From positions 64,170 to 128,169 of the forward strand of contig JASBRU010000006.1 in the NCBI GenBank assembly GCA_030149285.1: DNA of 64,000 nt. The letters run 5' to 3'. Position numbers and translations under genes: made by a program. Origin of the DNA: Flavobacteriales bacterium (GTDB taxonomy: Bacteria > Bacteroidota > Bacteroidia > Flavobacteriales > JASBRU01). Below are positions 8,412-16,456 of this stretch, piece after piece; position 1 is the stretch's first letter, and each line of letters opens with the position of its first letter. Under the pieces are notes generated by a model, which searched no databases, had not been told where the DNA came from, and was given only the letters and a program-made list of their open reading frames with translations.

Positions 8412-10388
8412 TTACTTAGAGTATATATTGCTGTTATTTCTATAACCTGTTTTGTTATCAGCCCAGTCAGAGAAGATAGAACCTCCTGATGCTGCCCATT
8501 GATTGAAATGGCTATAGGCTGCGTCTATAGATGTTTTCTCGTTTGGATAGTCTAACTGATTAAATATATCTACCGCAAACGGTAAATTATTAGATGTTTT
8601 ATAATATCTACCTGTTCCAGGGTTAGAATCATCAGAACCTGTACCAAAAAATGCAGGGTTTGCCAAATCTGTTGGTGTATAGTTTGCCATGTGTAATTCT
8701 TTACCTCTATCACCATCAATAAATATAAATGGGTTAAAAGGTGCTACTCCTAAATTTGCCTGGCTTATAGGAGCAGTAAATACTACTGATATATTAAATG
8801 TATCTGGCGTTACATAATTGGAGCTTGGTAATGTATTTACAAATGGACCACCAGAGGTTGTCATATGATCATAAGCATCATCAAACACCATTATTACGGC
8901 ATTGGTTTGTCCGGCCTCAGTACCGTTTGCATTAAGTGTAACAATACCATGTTGTAAGTCAGTACCGGTAACACTGGCAACATCTGTAAATGGTATAGGC
9001 ATTTCAAAACCAAAACCATCATGATAGCTACCGCCAATTGCTTTTAGTACTAATTGTAATTGTAGTTCAACTACATCATTATTACCATCCGCTATTAATA
9101 CCGACTGATAATCTACTACCAAATCGTTAAAGTCATAATCTCCTTGGCTTGGCCATAAATCTTCAAAGCCTAAAGTTCCGTAAGTGCTTTCGGTAGGTGT
9201 GTATAGGTTAAATGCTTTTAATGGATCACATGGATAATCATCAAAATCATCAGGTATACCATCAGAATCACAATCTGGTAATAAAGAAAGTGAACCAAAA
9301 GTAATGTCTGATACACCTATACCGGATGATGTTGGACTTTGCTCGTACCAGCCTAGTTTAACTCTTATACTATCTACAGCAGTAAGAAAATCTACATCTA
9401 CATCAGCATTATCATCAGTATTAGCTACTCTAATAGCACCTGATATACGATTGTTTCTTACTCTTAATACATTAGGGTCATGCGCAGAGAGCATTGGCAA
9501 TACTTCGTTACCATTCTTGTACCCTACAACTTCCATATACTCATTTATATAATCTGATGCTGTACCAACTCCTCCACTATGGTTACCATCAATATCTCTT
9601 AGTGTAAAGCTTACATAGTCTGGTGTATTAGCACCTGACAACACCATAGAAAGCACAATCTCTTCGTTGGTGTTATTTAAGTTTTGCAACCATATCAAAC
9701 TATTTTCGCCAGAACGAGAAAACAATGTATTTGCTACAGTTGGAGCCGTAAAGCCGGCTGCAGTAGAAAAACGATTGGTATTGCCCGAGAACTTAAAATC
9801 TATATCTACACCGGAACCTCCAATGTTTGTATTTGATGATGCTGTACTTGCAGTAGGCATATTTGCTAAAGACCAACCAAAAGTAGTAGTATTTACTAGG
9901 GCTGTTTTTGCAGAAGAAATACCACCGGTTGTTAGTGGTCCTCCACCGTTTGACTTACTAGATTTTTTACCTAATAAATCTGCTAAATTAAACTTAAGCT
10001 TACCATTTGTAATTTTTACAGCTTGGTCTGAAACAAAGTTGAAATATATGATACGCACATATACTTCTTTGCTAGACTTAGGGCTTGCCATATACCCATT
10101 ATAATATCCGTTTACCGGAGCACCAACAGCCATTAGCTTGGCTCCGTGGTATGGCATACCATCATAAATTTCAAAGCGAAGCCCCTTTATTGGCTGTTTA
10201 TTATTATCAAATGCAGATATCTCTATATCTACTTTATTTGAAGTAGAGAAGTTAAAGTTATTCGGAACATCAATCTCTGTAATGTTTAAATCAGCCGGAT
10301 TAACGTGTACTGTTGTATCCTCATCTGAGCTTTTACAGGCATTAAATGCTAGGGCAATAGATAACCCTAATAATAGTTTTCTAGTCAT
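8412..10388 (-). CDS. LruC-domain surface lipoprotein, paralogue of 5159..7201
   Basis: Lipoprotein signal MTRKLLLGLSIALAFNAC (start moved to ATG 10388). The C-terminal ~290 aa are collinear with the paralogue (YGTLGFEDLWPSQGDYDFNDLVVDY, NANGTEAGQTNAVIMVFDDAY, TPTDLANPAFFG). The N-terminal half is unrelated. Confidence 0.75.
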   Translation of the reverse strand: MTRKLLLGLSIALAFNACKSSDEDTTVHVNPADLNITEIDVPNNFNFSTSNKVDIEISAFDNNKQPIKGLRFEIYDGMPYHGAKLMAVGAPVNGYYNGYMASPKSSKEVYVRIIYFNFVSDQAVKITNGKLKFNLADLLGKKSSKSNGGGPLTTGGISSAKTALVNTTTFGWSLANMPTASTASSNTNIGGSGVDIDFKFSGNTNRFSTAAGFTAPTVANTLFSRSGENSLIWLQNLNNTNEEIVLSMVLSGANTPDYVSFTLRDIDGNHSGGVGTASDYINEYMEVVGYKNGNEVLPMLSAHDPNVLRVRNNRISGAIRVANTDDNADVDVDFLTAVDSIRVKLGWYEQSPTSSGIGVSDITFGSLSLLPDCDSDGIPDDFDDYPCDPLKAFNLYTPTESTYGTLGFEDLWPSQGDYDFNDLVVDYQSVLIADGNNDVVELQLQLVLKAIGGSYHDGFGFEMPIPFTDVASVTGTDLQHGIVTLNANGTEAGQTNAVIMVFDDAYDHMTTSGGPFVNTLPSSNYVTPDTFNISVVFTAPISQANLGVAPFNPFIFIDGDRGKELHMANYTPTDLANPAFFGTGSDDSNPGTGRYYKTSNNLPFAVDIFNQLDYPNEKTSIDAAYSHFNQWAASGGSIFSDWADNKTGYRNNSNIYSK

Positions 10389-10580
10389 TTCAATTGTGGG
10401 ATATTGATTCAATTGTCGAAAATTTATCAATATATATGCCACAAAAACAACATATTCTGTATCAGTAGTTTATATTTTATACTACAAATCACACATCCCA
10501 ATATTGGAAAATAAGAGGGCCCCTTATCTTATAATGAGACAAAACCGATAAAAGAGTGAAAAATTGATGAGTGGGGAAAT

Positions 10581-10671
10581 AAAAAAGGCAGGTTACAATA
10601 CCGAAAAGCCCAAAACCTACAAAATGATCAATTCGGAACATCGGGGGGGGACCCCGAAAGCGTAACCTGCC
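10581..10671 (-). other. Structured intergenic element: 10-bp closing stem around two inner hairpins, followed by a U-run on the minus strand
   Basis: ggcaggttac (10587..10596) pairs with gtaacctgcc (10662..10671). Inner hairpins are ccgaa/ttcgg and cgggg/ccccg (the latter within a G8 run). A6 at 10581..10586 is a U6 tail on the minus strand. Confidence 0.3.
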
Positions 10672-10745
10672 AGTGCAAATATAAAATATTTTTTATTAAT
10701 GTATTTGTTTAAAAAAATATATTTAATGATATAATTTACAGGTAA

Positions 10746-10762
10746 ATACATGCATATTATTT
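10746..10762. promoter_or_regulatory. Degenerate copy 3 of the ATGCATGCAT motif, upstream of the second LruC gene
   Basis: atacatgcatattattt matches 15 of 18 positions of atgcatgcatagtatttt. Confidence 0.2.
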
Positions 10763-10945
10763 CGTTATAATATTTTTTCTACAGCAAAAAACTGTCTGTT
10801 TTGTGCGAATTACCCAAAAACACTAGCGTAACAAACAAATAACGTTTTCACAACTTACTTTGTTCAGCCATATAAATGCAAAATAAAAAAGGAAAAAGAA
10901 CAAGTAAAAATTTTAAATCCTAAAAGTTATTTGTAGCCAAAAAAA

Positions 10946-11443
10946 TTAAATTTTGGTTACATGCTCCTGTAAGTCTAACTGAAAACCTTTTAAAGAAGCA
11001 GTAGGATCTAAAAAGAAATACGACATAAACCTGAATATTGGATTATATACCTCTCCATTTTCTGTAATAGAAAGCTTTGTGCTGCCATCATTTTGCTCAG
11101 TTAACTCATACACCCACTCGCCACCAAAAGGCAAGCCATCATCATCTATAACAACTACCAACCTATTAGGAGGGTTTTGTTCTGTAATGCTAAATGTAAT
11201 TTTATCGTCTTTTGGCCCTACTTCTACCCAAGTATCTTCATCTACTATTTCTACATCTTTTAGGTCATTACGCCAATTGGTATAGTTATCTATACTTACA
11301 ATTGCACTCCATACACTATCTACAGGAGCATTAATAACAATATCACCTTGTGCAGTATGTCCTTTGGGCAAGAAAAAACCAACAAAGTAAACTAGAGCTA
11401 CTAATATTACGGGTATAAATAAGGCTATAAATAGTTTTTTCAT
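10946..11443 (-). CDS. SRPBCC-superfamily (polyketide cyclase/START-like) protein with N-terminal membrane anchor
   Basis: TM helix MKKLFIALFIPVILVALVYFVGFF, then the typical VINAPVDSVWSAI...W block. Paralogue of 55089..55607. Confidence 0.6.
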   Translation of the reverse strand: MKKLFIALFIPVILVALVYFVGFFLPKGHTAQGDIVINAPVDSVWSAIVSIDNYTNWRNDLKDVEIVDEDTWVEVGPKDDKITFSITEQNPPNRLVVVIDDDGLPFGGEWVYELTEQNDGSTKLSITENGEVYNPIFRFMSYFFLDPTASLKGFQLDLQEHVTKI

Positions 11444-11461
11444 GCTTGTATGTTGTTAAAT

Positions 11462-11486
11462 AAAAACGGCAGCCAATAGGCTGCCG
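11462..11486 (-). terminator. Rho-independent terminator after the mini-protein gene
   Basis: cggcagcc-aata-ggctgccg flanked by an A-run and T-run. Confidence 0.65.
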
Positions 11487-11512
11487 TAAAATTATATAAA
11501 TATGTGTACGTA

Positions 11513-11716
11513 CTAAATTTCTTTTTGTTCGTCACGCCTTTTTTTTGCGTTATGGGCTTTTTTGGCACCAATTGCTGCACCGGCAGCCACAAGTATACTT
11601 ATTCCCCCATCTATAGGAACTGGAGCTCCACCACCTCCCGGAGGATCTGGCTGTGCCATTAATAGCATTGGCGAAACTAGAAGTGCAAGAAGTAAAAGTT
11701 TGCTAATTAATTTCAT
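11513..11716 (-). CDS. 67-aa mini-protein: signal peptide + Pro/Gly linker + tripartite C-terminal sorting signal (VPIDGG motif, TM helix, basic tail)
   Basis: MKLISKLLLLALLVSPMLLMAQ|PDPPGGGGAPVPIDGG|ISILVAAGAAIGA|KKAHNAKKRRDEQKEI. The ATG at 11716 lies 1 nt after the stop of the T9SS gene (the longer ORF-track start is a TTG). Confidence 0.55.
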   Translation of the reverse strand: MKLISKLLLLALLVSPMLLMAQPDPPGGGGAPVPIDGGISILVAAGAAIGAKKAHNAKKRRDEQKEI

Positions 11717-11717
11717 C

Positions 11718-14468
11718 TTATCTAACAATTTTTTGGGTGAACACTTTATTACCGTGTGTTACTCTAACTAATAATAGTTGCCCTGTGGCAAAGTTAGAAA
11801 TATTTAACACATTTTCTGCATTTATTTTCAATTTACTTTCATACACCACCTGACCTAATAAATTAATAATCTCAATACTTGCAACACCTTCAAGAGAATT
11901 ATTAAACAAAAAATCTATAGTATTTGTTGTTGATTTTATTACAACAAAATCTACATTTGATGAATTTGTATTAGTAGGATTAGTTTTCTTACTAAAGTGT
12001 ACACTAAATCTATTGGTATTTACACCTGGTGTATTTGTAAATGTGTAGCTGCTATTTACTAAATCATGAAAATCTTTTGTTTGCTTATCATATAAAAAAA
12101 CTTCCCAACCAGGATTGGCAAAGTCTGCAAGCATTTCTATAGTGTGTTGGCTTGCAGTTTTATTTTCAAAACCAAGCTCAACAACTCTATCAGTTGACAG
12201 GTAATCAACCGCATTAATGCTCAAATTTTTATCATCAGATACTATTGAGTACATATTTGGCACTCCGTCTTCTGTAGACAATAACTTAGGTGCATCAAAT
12301 AAATTATCAAAATCATCTGTAGCGTTTGCATTTGCATATACAACCATTTCATCAGAAAAACCCGTTGCTTTATCAGAAACTCTAAGTTTTAGCTGCTCCA
12401 CTGGAGCTGTACGCATTACATTAGCCGTACTATCTGTAACTCTATGTGAGTTTGTTAAAGGCAATACATCGCCATTACCGCTAGAATTTACATTTACAAA
12501 AAAGGCCTGCATTGGAGCTATATACCTTCTACCTCCATTGGTATTAATACCGCTAGAAAGGTAAGTAGCATATTGGGTACCATTCCACAAAGAAAGCGTG
12601 TTATTGGTATTGGCTGTTAGATTTCCTTTTATGGTTTCCCAGTCTAAATTTGAAGGATATGGATTAGACACTAAGTTCCAACCATCATTCTGAACTGAAC
12701 CTGTGTTATTATATGATAAGGTTACATTTCTATTACCGGTAATTAAGCTACCGTGTACAGAAATTGTTTTTGGCAAAGTACCAAAGGCTGCTCCATCTCC
12801 CATATAAATTGCAAAGCCGCGCCCATCAAAAGAGTGACTTGCATTAGGAACTGCAACCCAAGCACTGGTAGCAGCATCAAAATAAAAAATGTTTTCACCA
12901 ATGTGCCCGCTGTAATTTTTAGGTGTATCTCCTAAGTCTAAGTCAGCCAAAGTAGCTTGCACAGGAAAACCTAAGTATATCCATCCTCCACTGGTTCTGC
13001 TTATGTGTTGCATAAATACAGCACCGCTTGAAGAAATAGCGCCATTCCCAGTACCTAACTGTGCATACCCATTTGCATCGGCAAAAAAGGTAATAGTATC
13101 TGCATTTAACACTCCTTGAGTAGGGTTCAGCATATTTTTTATAACAATGTCAGACCCATTGGTATTCATAGTACCAATTAATGAGTTAATAGTTAATGTG
13201 TTTACAGTAAGGGTATGAGTATTAATAAACTTAACATTTCTATTAGTAGAAATAGGGCTTTGCATAACCAAGCCACCAAACTCATAGTTATTACCATCCG
13301 GAAAATCTACCGTGAACCCCCCTTTTGTTGCCTCACCAGACAATGAAGCAGAACCATCGCCAAAGCTTATGGTTACTCCTGAAAAATCTTTTGTAGCAGA
13401 ACCTAAACCTTCCAATACAAAATCTGCTGGTGGCACATCTTGCCCCCCGTTATTTGACACAGGATTTACAAGAGTTATAGTACCACCTGTTAAATTCAGC
13501 TCTGTCTCAGGGTCTATTGCAAATAATTTATTTGAAGTCATAGAGCCTGGGTCAATATTCACTTCTCCATCAGACATGTTAAATATTGAGCCTCCACCTG
13601 CTTCATCTAAAAACCTAAGTGAACCTGTAATATTTACAACTGCATTTGGTCCATCAACTGTTAGCTTTCCAAAAGTATTGTTTCTAAAAATCACTAATGT
13701 TTGCCCTGCCCCTAATGCTAGTGTACCTGCTGTTACATGCATATGTAATCCGAATGATATTCCAGATCCATTAATGTCATAAAAGTTTGCAGACGAATGA
13801 TTCAACCATATCTCTGCATTATTACCACTAGTAGTGTTTACATCTACCGACGTACTTGTTCCGTATGGTGTTATTGATGTAGCCGAAGAGATTTTAAGTG
13901 TACCGGAGGCTACATCTAAGTTTGACCCTGAACTTGGAGTAACAATTGTAAATGTTCGGGTAGCCTCTAATGTACCCGTAGTTTTATCTATTATTAGTTT
14001 ATAAAAATCACAAGTACTTCCTGTTCCTCTGAGCACCTCATCTGTAGTTGAGTTAAAATATGTTTCCGCATTAGTATGATTAAAATCAAAAACACCGTCT
14101 ACTACCAAGTCTCCTCCTATTTTTAGCTGCTTTACTCCTGTATTACTGGTTGAATTAAAAGAACCATTTAATACAACCGTTAGATTATTAGTAATATTAA
14201 ACTCTACAGTTGTACTTGTTGAAGGAGTAAAATTTACCGTTGCTCCGCTTTCTATCCATAATGATAATACGGTGTAAGACACCTGACTCTCATCTATTGT
14301 AATGGTAGCTCCACTAGCCACAACTGCAGCGTCAGATGCGCCAGGTACAACTCCACCAACCCAGCTTGATCCTAAATTAAAATTACCACCACTTCCTGTT
14401 GAAGTAATTGTAGCAGAAATTGCAAAAAATGGCAACAACATTGCCATAGAAAATAATAATTTTCTCAT
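11718..14468 (-). CDS. Large secreted repeat protein with T9SS (Por_Secre_tail, type A) C-terminal sorting domain
   Basis: Signal peptide MRKLLFSMAMLLPFFAISA. The body is a Thr/Ser/Gly/Asn-rich beta-rich repeat region. The C-terminus ...IEIINLLGQVVYESKLKINAENVLNISNFATGQLLLVRVTHGNKVFTQKIVR is a typical T9SS CTD. Confidence 0.75.
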   Translation of the reverse strand: MRKLLFSMAMLLPFFAISATITSTGSGGNFNLGSSWVGGVVPGASDAAVVASGATITIDESQVSYTVLSLWIESGATVNFTPSTSTTVEFNITNNLTVVLNGSFNSTSNTGVKQLKIGGDLVVDGVFDFNHTNAETYFNSTTDEVLRGTGSTCDFYKLIIDKTTGTLEATRTFTIVTPSSGSNLDVASGTLKISSATSITPYGTSTSVDVNTTSGNNAEIWLNHSSANFYDINGSGISFGLHMHVTAGTLALGAGQTLVIFRNNTFGKLTVDGPNAVVNITGSLRFLDEAGGGSIFNMSDGEVNIDPGSMTSNKLFAIDPETELNLTGGTITLVNPVSNNGGQDVPPADFVLEGLGSATKDFSGVTISFGDGSASLSGEATKGGFTVDFPDGNNYEFGGLVMQSPISTNRNVKFINTHTLTVNTLTINSLIGTMNTNGSDIVIKNMLNPTQGVLNADTITFFADANGYAQLGTGNGAISSSGAVFMQHISRTSGGWIYLGFPVQATLADLDLGDTPKNYSGHIGENIFYFDAATSAWVAVPNASHSFDGRGFAIYMGDGAAFGTLPKTISVHGSLITGNRNVTLSYNNTGSVQNDGWNLVSNPYPSNLDWETIKGNLTANTNNTLSLWNGTQYATYLSSGINTNGGRRYIAPMQAFFVNVNSSGNGDVLPLTNSHRVTDSTANVMRTAPVEQLKLRVSDKATGFSDEMVVYANANATDDFDNLFDAPKLLSTEDGVPNMYSIVSDDKNLSINAVDYLSTDRVVELGFENKTASQHTIEMLADFANPGWEVFLYDKQTKDFHDLVNSSYTFTNTPGVNTNRFSVHFSKKTNPTNTNSSNVDFVVIKSTTNTIDFLFNNSLEGVASIEIINLLGQVVYESKLKINAENVLNISNFATGQLLLVRVTHGNKVFTQKIVR

Positions 14469-14812
14469 AAAAAATAAGTGTTACTTAATAAATAAATATT
14501 ATTCCAAACAACTATCATTCAGGAGCTGAATATATAATATAATCGATATAAAAAAACTGACTAACACCATACCTCTATCATATTATTACTTATTTTGTGT
14601 TAATAATTGCAGAAAATATTATAACACTATTCTTACAAAAAAACAGGTAGAAACACCTGTTTTTCATGTAATTACAATAATGTGCTTGAATAATAAAAAC
14701 AAGTAGATACCTGACAGAAGATTGATGTTAATAACTTATTTTTAGACATAGAAAAAATAAATTACCGACGAAGAATAACAGCTTTGTTGTAACTCTTTGT
14801 TAAACTTGTAGT

Positions 14813-15958
14813 ATGAAAAAGAAGCTAATACTTATAACAATACTTATAGGTGCAGGAATACTATTAAATAATACCTACGCACAGCAAAGCAACATAGCCA
14901 AGCTTTATGAAAAAAGTAGTTATGATGAGATTATAACACAGATAAGCGAAACTAAAAACTATAGCCCAACAGATTGCTACTATATAGCAATGGCACTGTA
15001 CAGTAAAAACAAATTACAAAAAGCGCATACTTGGTTTAAGAAAGCAGAGCAAAAAGGTGTTTCTACAATTGACCTCTATCACAACCATGGTAGGGTGTTA
15101 GCAAGATTACAGTTTTACCCCGAAGCAATTGATGAATACAACAATGCCTTGTTTTTAGACTCTACTAACCAAGAAATTGTGATAGAAAAAGCTTATGCTT
15201 ACTATCATTTAAATCAGCTTGAGGCTGCAAAAAAATACTATACGGCTGCAAAAAATATGGAGGGTGAGCTATTGGAGCCCTATTATATGATTCCGCACCT
15301 ATACCAATATGCCGGAAAAAATGAAATTGCTCTTGAAGAATTTTATAAGTCTAAAAAAGAACTACAAATAAAATATAGCAATACAAAGGTATACGTAGAT
15401 ATTTTAAAAACAATTGCTGAACTTGAAGTTGAGATTTTTAACAACCCGGAAGCATCAATAAAAGCATATAAAGAAATCATAAGCATAGCTCCAAATGACT
15501 ACAAAACTATTCAGCAACTTATTATAACATACAATAGAGCAGAAAGATACAGTAAGGCAGACTCTATAATAGCATACATGAGCATTGAAGCAGAGAACGG
15601 TAATTTACCAACCGAACTGGAAGCAGGGTTTATTATAGATAAATTTTCTGTAAATGGTAGGGTAATTGAAATTTATGAGTACTTAAACCCAATACAAAAG
15701 GAAGGGGAAAGTAGACATAAAGCATTTGTACTTACAGCAAACCAAACAAGAGTATTAGAACAAATACAAAGTGTTTACGTAGATGGATACCACTACACAA
15801 TAGAGCGATTGACAAAAGCAAATAAACTAGAGTATGATGTAGAGCTCCCTGTTGGATATCATTACACAGATTTTAAAACTCATGTGAAGCAAATATTTGC
15901 CGGTAAGCTAAGATCAATACCTACAAAGCCTGTAAATAACAAAAAAGAAGAAAACTAA
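14813..15958 (+). CDS. Secreted TPR-repeat protein
   Basis: Signal peptide followed by repeated A-x-x-Y/F-x-x-A TPR-like helices (YYIAMALYSKNKLQKAHTWFKKAEQ, AIDEYNNALFLD, AKKYYTAAKNM). Confidence 0.6.
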   Translation: MKKKLILITILIGAGILLNNTYAQQSNIAKLYEKSSYDEIITQISETKNYSPTDCYYIAMALYSKNKLQKAHTWFKKAEQKGVSTIDLYHNHGRVLARLQFYPEAIDEYNNALFLDSTNQEIVIEKAYAYYHLNQLEAAKKYYTAAKNMEGELLEPYYMIPHLYQYAGKNEIALEEFYKSKKELQIKYSNTKVYVDILKTIAELEVEIFNNPEASIKAYKEIISIAPNDYKTIQQLIITYNRAERYSKADSIIAYMSIEAENGNLPTELEAGFIIDKFSVNGRVIEIYEYLNPIQKEGESRHKAFVLTANQTRVLEQIQSVYVDGYHYTIERLTKANKLEYDVELPVGYHYTDFKTHVKQIFAGKLRSIPTKPVNNKKEEN

Positions 15959-15960
15959 GC

Positions 15961-16455
15961 ATGAATCTAAAACCAGTAATATTAGCTCTATTTTCAATTT
16001 TACTGTTCAGCTCAGGTAAGCCTGTAAATAATGAGAATAGATATTACAGTTTAGATGATATAGTTATTGAAGAAGGTAGTATTTATGTGTCATACAACAT
16101 AAACATAGCATTTGGTGGCTATCTAGAAATGAATGACAGTTTAAACCAAAAAGAAGTAAATAAAATTATTGTCTTCTTAAAAGATCACTCAGAAATTGAA
16201 CAAATAGAAATAGGCGCTCATCTTGGAAGAGCTCAAAACCCTACTTCATCAAGGAAAAGCACCCAAGTTAATTCTGAAAAAATTAAAGAATATATGGTTA
16301 GAGCTAGTATTGACAGAGTCAGACTAATAGCAAAAGGTTATGAATTTAATGCCCCTTTGATAGACACTGGTGAAGAATATTCAACAAAAACCAACTTTGA
16401 AGCGTACACAAAAAATAGCCGATTTGAGTTTAAAATCCTTAAATTAAAACCTTAG
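15961..16455 (+). CDS. Secreted protein with degenerate OmpA-like C-terminal domain
   Basis: Signal peptide. The block IEIGAHLGRAQNPTSSRKSTQVNSEKIKEYMVRASIDRVRLIAKGYEFNAPL has the OmpA_C layout but degenerate key residues. It starts 3 nt after the upstream stop. Confidence 0.4.
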   Translation: MNLKPVILALFSILLFSSGKPVNNENRYYSLDDIVIEEGSIYVSYNINIAFGGYLEMNDSLNQKEVNKIIVFLKDHSEIEQIEIGAHLGRAQNPTSSRKSTQVNSEKIKEYMVRASIDRVRLIAKGYEFNAPLIDTGEEYSTKTNFEAYTKNSRFEFKILKLKP

Positions 16456-16456
16456 C

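Noticed and set aside
9667-10104. 145-aa plus-strand ORF inside the second LruC gene. Similar shadow ORFs lie inside other genes: 13312..13782, 12217..12564, 29660..30226, 27950..28204, 57255..57758, 59644..60045, 46451..46792, 42787..43074, 36303..36650 and 39320..39712.
   Set aside because: All lie fully antisense to, or out of frame within, much longer ORFs that have recognisable domains. Their translations are low-complexity (Ser/Leu/Pro/Phe-rich) with no signal, motif or plausible start context. They are treated as shadow ORFs.
14641-14668. Hairpin acaggt-agaaac-acctgt with flanking A/T runs in the divergent intergenic region, considered as a terminator.
   Set aside because: No gene ends upstream of it on either strand (both neighbours diverge from this spacer). 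The terminator function is therefore unsupported, and it is mentioned only as context in the finding on 14813..19488.
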